Below, piece after piece: positions 58,533-64,000 of a DNA stretch of 64,000 nt. Below the pieces are notes generated by a model. That model ran no database searches. It saw only the letters and a list, made by a program, of their open reading frames with translations, and was not told where the DNA came from. The position numbers and the translations under genes are program-made. Source of the DNA: an uncultured SAR86 cluster bacterium (lineage in GTDB: Bacteria > Pseudomonadota > Gammaproteobacteria > Magnimaribacterales > AG-339-G14); assembly GCA_902629465.1 (NCBI GenBank), contig CACOQX010000001.1:17632-81631 (forward strand), given 5' to 3'. Positions within the stretch are counted from its first letter, which is position 1. Every line of letters starts with the position of its first letter.

Positions 58533-59455
58533 TTAGCTTTATTATTAGAACTGTAAATGGCCCAAACTATTGAAATAATTAAACCTATAAGAAAACCAAA
58601 TATTCCAAGAGAAAGTCTTGAAGGGTAGGATTTCTTTTCAGGTACAAAGGGTTTATCGATAATTTCCAATAAGTACTCATCTGAAATTTCAGTCATCATT
58701 TTCACTTCGAGTTGCTTTTCAATCAGTTTTGAGATTGATTTATTGAGAAAATCTAAAGAATTTTTTGCTGACTCCATTTGCAAGAATAATATCGCTTTTT
58801 CTGCATTCTCTTTGTCTCTCGATCTTGAGATTAGGTTGATTTCTCTGATAATTACATCGAGTAGATTTTTAGAAAAAACTGGAGAAATATGTTCGGCTGA
58901 CATCTTTATATGCCCCGTAAGTTTATTTTTGCTGATTTTAAATACTTCCTTGATATAGACTTCATGAGCTTCAAGATAAGAAGGTTTTTCTTTTTCAGAA
59001 AAAAATGATTTTTTTTTCCATATTTTTTGTCTTGAATCATACAAAGATTCATCAAATTCTAATATATTGTCAATTGAATTAAACTGCTTTGGAGCCATAA
59101 GCGATGGCAAAACCCATTCATACTTATATATCAAAGTTTCTAAAAAGGACCTTGAAGTAGATATAGCAATTGCCAAATCAGCTTTTTCGTCTCCAGATAA
59201 AGCTTCACCAACTCCAAAAGAAGCTGCTAATCCAGCTAACTCAGAAAACCCGGCCTGAGAATCATTCAAGTTATCATTTGAAACTGCCAATAAAGATTCA
59301 GATTTATAGTAATTTGGTATAAATAAAGAAAATAAAGAAAACAAAATCATTAAAAGAAAAGAAGATAAAAGTATAAAAAGCGATCTATTCCTTATTATAT
59401 GAATAAGGTTTTCAATATTTAACTTGCTATTATTTTCTTGGCCTTCAAAGTTCAT
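58529..59455 (-). CDS. wzz: polysaccharide chain-length determinant (Wzz, PCP-1 type)
   Basis: 308 aa with TM segments at both ends, a coiled-coil-like middle and no kinase domain. Confidence 0.75.
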   Translation of the reverse strand: MNFEGQENNSKLNIENLIHIIRNRSLFILLSSFLLMILFSLFSLFIPNYYKSESLLAVSNDNLNDSQAGFSELAGLAASFGVGEALSGDEKADLAIAISTSRSFLETLIYKYEWVLPSLMAPKQFNSIDNILEFDESLYDSRQKIWKKKSFFSEKEKPSYLEAHEVYIKEVFKISKNKLTGHIKMSAEHISPVFSKNLLDVIIREINLISRSRDKENAEKAILFLQMESAKNSLDFLNKSISKLIEKQLEVKMMTEISDEYLLEIIDKPFVPEKKSYPSRLSLGIFGFLIGLIISIVWAIYSSNNKAK

Positions 59456-59460
59456 AACTG

Positions 59461-59547
59461 TGGTACCTGGGGCCGGACTTGAACCGGCACGAAGTTGCCT
59501 TCGAGGGATTTTAAGTCCCTTGTGTCTACCAATTCCACCACCCAGGC
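59461..59547 (-). tRNA. tRNA-Leu (anticodon UAA), CCA encoded
   Basis: Reverse complement: GCCTGGGTGGTGGAATTGGTAGACACAAGGGACTTAAAATCCCTCGAAGGCAACTTCGTGCCGGTTCAAGTCCGGCCCCAGGTACCA. Has a long variable arm and anticodon loop CTTAAAA. Close to E. coli leuZ (from memory). Confidence 0.95.
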
Positions 59548-59583
59548 TTTGGAGAGTACTTTATACTAAATTCATAATAATAG

Positions 59584-59613
59584 TTTATAGAAATCTCTCA
59601 TAGATTCTATCAA
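59584..59613 (-). promoter_or_regulatory. candidate sigma70-type promoter between tRNA-Cys and tRNA-Leu
   Basis: On the minus strand: TTGATA (59613-59608), 18-nt spacer, TATAAA (59589-59584). Matches like this arise easily by chance in DNA this AT-rich. Confidence 0.25.
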
Positions 59614-59620
59614 GTTTAAA

Positions 59621-59694
59621 TGGAGGCTGAGGTCGGAATCGAACCGGCGTAGACGGATTTGCAATCCGCTGCATGACCACTCTGCCACTCAGCC
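59621..59694 (-). tRNA. tRNA-Cys (anticodon GCA), CCA encoded
   Basis: Reverse complement: GGCTGAGTGGCAGAGTGGTCATGCAGCGGATTGCAAATCCGTCTACGCCGGTTCGATTCCGACCTCAGCCTCCA. Confidence 0.95.
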
Positions 59695-59716
59695 GCTGAG
59701 CTATTATATATTTGTT

Positions 59717-60244
59717 TCAAACAATCCATTCATTTAAGTATCGCAAAAAAGAGTACCAAGAAAATACAGCGCTTAAAAAAACTAAACTTAAGCTAACGAG
59801 GAAGACAACATCTGAAGATAAGGGAGAGATTAATATTAATCCTAGCCCGATCATCTGAAGAGCAGTTTTAAATTTTCCTAATCGATTAGATTTTACTTCT
59901 TTAAAATCTTTTGATTGAGCGATTACAAATAATCGCAAATAACTAATAGAGATTTCTCTAGACACTATAAGAACCGCTGATATTAAGATTACAAGACTTT
60001 CAAAATTAAAAGTCATCCATATTAACAATATGGATACGAAAAGCTTATCTGCTAATAAATCCAAAAAGGCTCCTAAATCCGAAGTTTGGCCATTCTTTCG
60101 AGCAAAATAACCATCTAAGAAATCAGTAATAGATGCCGTTATGAAAACTACAAGAGAAAATAAAAAGAAATTATTTTCAAACAAAATAATAATGGGTATC
60201 AGAAAGAGTATTCTTGAAATAGATAAGATATTGGGCAGATTCAT
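59717..60244 (-). CDS. pgsA: CDP-diacylglycerol--glycerol-3-phosphate 3-phosphatidyltransferase
   Basis: 175 aa with the CDP-alcohol phosphatidyltransferase motif DGYFARKNGQTSDLGAFLDLLADK. Confidence 0.9.
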   Translation of the reverse strand: MNLPNILSISRILFLIPIIILFENNFFLFSLVVFITASITDFLDGYFARKNGQTSDLGAFLDLLADKLFVSILLIWMTFNFESLVILISAVLIVSREISISYLRLFVIAQSKDFKEVKSNRLGKFKTALQMIGLGLILISPLSSDVVFLVSLSLVFLSAVFSWYSFLRYLNEWIV

Positions 60245-60245
60245 T

Positions 60246-62060
60246 TTAGTTATTTAAAAAATAAAATATTTTCTCTGCCTTACTTTTTCCTATTCCCGGA
60301 GCAGATTTTAAATCATCTAGAGATGCTTGCTTAAGCTTATCAATTCCTCCAAAAAATCTGACTAAATCTTTTTTCAATTTAGGTCCTAATCCCGCAATAC
60401 CATCTAAACTTGAGGAAAGAAGTTCCTTAGATCTTCGCCTTCGATGATGATTGATTGCAAATCTATGAGATTCGTTTCTAATTAATTGGATAAGTTTGGA
60501 TATATCAACTAACTTACTTAATTCGTAGCTCTTGTTGTCATAGTGCAAAACATCATATTTTTCTTTTCTATTTGGACCTTTTGAAACAGAGATAAACTTT
60601 ATGTTTTCAAGATATTTTTTATCAAGATTTTTGCTCACTGTGTTCAATTGGCCCTTACCTCCATCAAGTAAAATCACCTCTGGAAAATCCAAATTATTTT
60701 TTTTCAAGTTTTTACATCTTCTTTGAATTGCTTCGCTCAAGGCTAAATAATCATCGTTGAAGTCATTTTTAATATTCATAATTCTGTAATTTTTTTTATT
60801 TGGTCCATCTTTTGATATCGATACACAGGAAGCTGAAACATTTTTTCCCGAAGTGTGACTAATATCAAAACCTTCTATTGTGTTGATGCTTTCTACTTGT
60901 AAAAAATTTGCTAGAGACTCTAAACAATCTTGAATCCAAGAAAAATTATTATTTCTTGATAATGCATCTTCAGCCTGAGATGCACAAATATCGATTAAAT
61001 TCTTGTTATGCTTATTAGGCTTATGAGTGACAATTCTAGGTGCTTTTAAAAAGGTTAAGAAATCTTTTGTTTCTTTTAAAATTTCTCCGTTAAATAGTAA
61101 ATTGATTATTCTTCTATTTTTATTATTGATTACATAACTCTCCAAAAAGACCGATAAGAGCTCTTGATCGGAGATGTTTTCTTTTGAATCTGGATAAAAA
61201 TTTTGAGAACTCGTTATCCAGCCATCTTCAATTCTCAGAACGCTAAGACAACAATTAAATTTATTTCTTTTTATGACAAAAACATCTAAATCATCAAACC
61301 CTGTTAAGACATTCTGTTTTTTTTGAGTGTCTCTTATGGACTGAACTTTATCTCGATATATGGCAGCTCTTTCGTAATCTTTTTTATTGGAATAAAAATC
61401 CATCTTTTTTTGAAGTTCCAATATTATGTTTTTTGTATCTCCTGAAAGAAAGTTAATTGTATTTTTTACATCAAATGCATAATCTTCTTTAGAAATATTT
61501 CCTACGCAAGGAGCTGAACATCTATTCATTTGATACTCAATGCATGGACGAGATCTATTTTTGAAATTTATGTCTTTACAATTTCTTATTTTGAAAAGAG
61601 ACCTTATCAAACTGACATTAAGCCTCATTGCACGAACATTCGCAAAAGGTCCAAATATGGTATTAGAGAGGTCCTTTTGTCTGGAAACATAAATTGCAGG
61701 AAAATCTTTTGAAGTTGACAAATGTATTGCCGGATAGGATTTATCATCTCTAAACTGGACATTGAATTGAGGTCGTTTTTTTGAAATCAAACCTTGTTCT
61801 AAAATTAAAGCATCAGATTCAGTATTGGTGATAATTGTCTCAACAAATTTAATTGAAGACTTGAGTTTGCCTATTCTTTTTCCTTCACTTTTTCTGACAT
61901 TTAAATAACTTTTAACTCTATTTTTAATATTTTTAGCTTTTCCAATGTAAATAATTTCGTGATTTGAATTAAAAAATTTATAGACGCCAGGTAATTCTGG
62001 AAAATCTACATTCTTGTCAAACAGTATTTTTTTATTCGTAAACTGCGCTTGCTTTTCCAT
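60246..62060 (-). CDS. uvrC: excinuclease ABC subunit C
   Basis: Start taken at MEKQAQF (62060). Has a GIY-YIG domain (PGVYKF...IYIGKAKNIKNRV) and a C-terminal HhH (LDGIAGLGPK). Overlaps the ggt 3' end by 29 nt. Confidence 0.92.
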   Translation of the reverse strand: MEKQAQFTNKKILFDKNVDFPELPGVYKFFNSNHEIIYIGKAKNIKNRVKSYLNVRKSEGKRIGKLKSSIKFVETIITNTESDALILEQGLISKKRPQFNVQFRDDKSYPAIHLSTSKDFPAIYVSRQKDLSNTIFGPFANVRAMRLNVSLIRSLFKIRNCKDINFKNRSRPCIEYQMNRCSAPCVGNISKEDYAFDVKNTINFLSGDTKNIILELQKKMDFYSNKKDYERAAIYRDKVQSIRDTQKKQNVLTGFDDLDVFVIKRNKFNCCLSVLRIEDGWITSSQNFYPDSKENISDQELLSVFLESYVINNKNRRIINLLFNGEILKETKDFLTFLKAPRIVTHKPNKHNKNLIDICASQAEDALSRNNNFSWIQDCLESLANFLQVESINTIEGFDISHTSGKNVSASCVSISKDGPNKKNYRIMNIKNDFNDDYLALSEAIQRRCKNLKKNNLDFPEVILLDGGKGQLNTVSKNLDKKYLENIKFISVSKGPNRKEKYDVLHYDNKSYELSKLVDISKLIQLIRNESHRFAINHHRRRRSKELLSSSLDGIAGLGPKLKKDLVRFFGGIDKLKQASLDDLKSAPGIGKSKAEKIFYFLNN

Positions 62061-63741
62061 CAGGTCTTCTCTTATCCGAAAATGCTTCCACAATATTTTT
62101 TTTTATTAAAATAGAATGAATTTCGCCCAATTTCCTATTAATTAATTTTTTTTCTTTTTTTATAGATTCTATTAGCGTTGGGTCAAATTGTTCATGAAAT
62201 AAAATATCCGGTAAGTGTTGATAGTGTATTCGGCTTTTTTCAGAAGATTCTTCTAAAGACATTTTAAAATCAATTACATTTAAAATCTCTTGTAATACAC
62301 TTGTAATGATTGTTGAACCACCAGGAGAGCCAGTTATTAAAAAAGGCTTTTTATTTTTAAAAACTATTGTAGGAGACATAGACGAAAGAGGTGTCTTCTT
62401 TGGTTCTATTTTATTTGCTTCAGACCCTATCAAACCATAAACATTAGGAAACCCAGGTTTCGATGAAAAGTCGTCCATTTCGTTATTCATGAGTATTCCC
62501 GTCCCTGTAGGAATTATGCCAGAACCATAAGCGGTATTTAAAGTATAGGTATTACTTACTGCATTGCCCCATTTGTCTATAATTGAGAAGTGGGTTGTTT
62601 CCTCGCCTTCTATAAGATTTACATTCGCTTTTATTGGTAATTCATTTTTTTGTATTGATTGATAAATTTCATTAGCATATTTTTTTGATAAAAGTAGCTT
62701 TTGTGGTACATCATAAAAATCTGGATCTCCAAGATACTTTGCCCTATCTCGGTAAGCATAATCCATGGCTGAAATTAAAACTTTTAGATATTCCTTTGAA
62801 TTATGGTCTAGTTTATTTAATTCAGTTCTTTCAAGAATATTTAAAATCTGAATTAGCGAGATTCCTCCAGAACTTGGCGGAGCCATTGAACAAATCTTGA
62901 AAAGTCTATAACTTCCACAAACCGGCTTTAAAATTCTAACCTTGTATTTATTTAGGTCCTCAAGACTTAGAATGCCTCCATTGTTTTGAAAAAAATTTGA
63001 AATTTTATTTGCGGTATCTCCTGAGTAAAACTCTTTTTGTCCATTTTTAGATATTCTCTCTAAAGTACCAGCAAGATTTGTTTGAACTAAAATATCTCCT
63101 TTGAGAAATCCATTTGGTCTTGTAAAAGTTTTTTTCGCCTCTGTGTTTTTTAAAAATTTTTGCTTATATTTATTGAGATTTTTTGCCTGAAAATCAGATA
63201 AAACAAAACCTTTGCTTGCGAGTTCAATTGACGGTTTTATCAAAGATTTGATATCCAATGTTCCATATTTTTCTGCCGCATAAAACATACCCGAAACTGT
63301 GCCCGGGACTCCTGAAGCCAAAATAGAGTTTAAACTTAATCCTTTGATTACTTTTCCAGAATCATCTTGGAACATTTTTTCATAAGACTTCAGCGGTGCT
63401 CGTTCCCTATAGTCAATGGAGATAGTTTCATTTTTTTCCTTCAAATAAATTAGCATAAAGCCGCCGCCGCCAAGATTGCCAGCTGATGGATTCACAACAG
63501 CTAATGCAAATGCCACAGCCACCGCAGCGTCAATAGCATTTCCACCTTCTTCTAAAACTTTCATCCCTATGTCCGTGGCAAGATGATGTCTTGATGCAAC
63601 AGCGTAAGTATCTAACTTTGCAATAGAAGAATAAAATATTAATAGAATTAAGAAAAACGCTATTAATGGGACTTTAGGAGAACAGATTTTTCTAGCTTGG
63701 CTTGTCTTCAGTATGCCTTTCACCATTAAATATTGCAGCAA
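62032..63741 (-). CDS. ggt: gamma-glutamyltransferase
   Basis: 569 aa with an N-terminal anchor/signal, autoprocessing Thr in GEETTHFSIID, and GSPGGSTII. The start could be 63729 instead. Confidence 0.9.
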   Translation of the reverse strand: MLQYLMVKGILKTSQARKICSPKVPLIAFFLILLIFYSSIAKLDTYAVASRHHLATDIGMKVLEEGGNAIDAAVAVAFALAVVNPSAGNLGGGGFMLIYLKEKNETISIDYRERAPLKSYEKMFQDDSGKVIKGLSLNSILASGVPGTVSGMFYAAEKYGTLDIKSLIKPSIELASKGFVLSDFQAKNLNKYKQKFLKNTEAKKTFTRPNGFLKGDILVQTNLAGTLERISKNGQKEFYSGDTANKISNFFQNNGGILSLEDLNKYKVRILKPVCGSYRLFKICSMAPPSSGGISLIQILNILERTELNKLDHNSKEYLKVLISAMDYAYRDRAKYLGDPDFYDVPQKLLLSKKYANEIYQSIQKNELPIKANVNLIEGEETTHFSIIDKWGNAVSNTYTLNTAYGSGIIPTGTGILMNNEMDDFSSKPGFPNVYGLIGSEANKIEPKKTPLSSMSPTIVFKNKKPFLITGSPGGSTIITSVLQEILNVIDFKMSLEESSEKSRIHYQHLPDILFHEQFDPTLIESIKKEKKLINRKLGEIHSILIKKNIVEAFSDKRRPDGKASAVYE

Positions 63742-64000
63742 ATTCTAAAATCTCTCCAGAATCATTAAAAACTCTATGAAATGCTCCATCTGGAACTGGA
63801 ATGACGTCTCCTTGTTTAACCTCGAATTTTGAATCGTCTATCTGCATTATTCCTGTGCCTTTATAAAAAACGTAAACTTCTTCTTGGCCTTCATGTTTGT
63901 GGCCAGAGGTACTTTTGTTTGGATTTAACTTGGTTATGCTTGGAACAAGTTTCGACAAAGAGCTGTTGTCTAATACAACGTATCTATCATCTTCTTTCAC
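63692..64000 (-). CDS. cupin-domain protein, possibly 5'-truncated by the window end
   Basis: 102 codons reaching the window edge (GTG at the edge). Cupin motifs GHKHEGQEEVYVF and PDGAFHRVFN. Confidence 0.6.
   Translation of the reverse strand: MKEDDRYVVLDNSSLSKLVPSITKLNPNKSTSGHKHEGQEEVYVFYKGTGIMQIDDSKFEVKQGDVIPVPDGAFHRVFNDSGEILEFAAIFNGERHTEDKPS

Noticed and set aside
936-62900. About 35 short ORFs (60-107 aa) in the supplied track lie antisense to or inside long ORFs. Examples: 936..1157+, 2504..2791+, 4760..4969+, 13636..13956-, 15433..15723+, 25416..25619+, 31238..31561-, 36067..36249-, 58743..58958+, 62685..62900+.
   Set aside because: Each overlaps a gene with clear family motifs on the other strand or frame. 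Their translations are low-complexity and Leu/Ser/Phe/Lys-rich, as expected for random frames in AT-rich DNA, and none has a recognisable motif or RBS.
1-64000. CRISPR arrays, rRNA genes, riboswitches, toxin-antitoxin pairs, and known defence systems (restriction-modification, Abi, CBASS-like, retron RT).
   Set aside because: No regularly spaced repeats were seen, and essentially no non-coding stretch exceeds about 190 bp. No ORF shows nuclease, RT, cyclase or methylase-type motifs that I recognise.

Overview
AT-rich, very tightly packed bacterial chromosome segment. I found no transposase, integrase, CRISPR array or recognisable defence genes. Two syntenic blocks (thrS-infC-rpmI-rplT-pheS-pheT-ihfA-merR-tRNA-Pro and ggt-uvrC-pgsA-tRNA-Cys-tRNA-Leu) look gammaproteobacterial. 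Low GC and near-absent intergenic DNA suggest a streamlined marine lineage such as SAR86, but that is inference only. Roughly 1-33 kb is core and catabolic: guaBA, fumC, photolyase, acyl-CoA dehydrogenase, crotonase, OYE, carboxylesterase, a DUF35/thiolase pair and the translation-factor operon. Roughly 35.1-59.5 kb is an accessory, even more AT-rich Wzx/Wzy/Wzz polysaccharide locus that starts 5 nt after tRNA-Leu. It encodes a legionaminic-acid-type nonulosonic acid (NulO) pathway plus three decoration modules: a WbpG/HisH/HisF acetamidino trio, a PIG-L deacetylase + formyltransferase-like pair, and an SDR/class-III aminotransferase/LbH trio. It also holds a 451-aa orphan and an HldC-like-cupin fusion. 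I see no clearly new standalone system. The best candidates for undescribed biology are those decoration modules and the orphan. Separately, essential pheT is broken by a 1-nt frame error in an A8 run and lacks the B2 tRNA-binding domain. All family calls come from motif recognition by eye; no searches were run.
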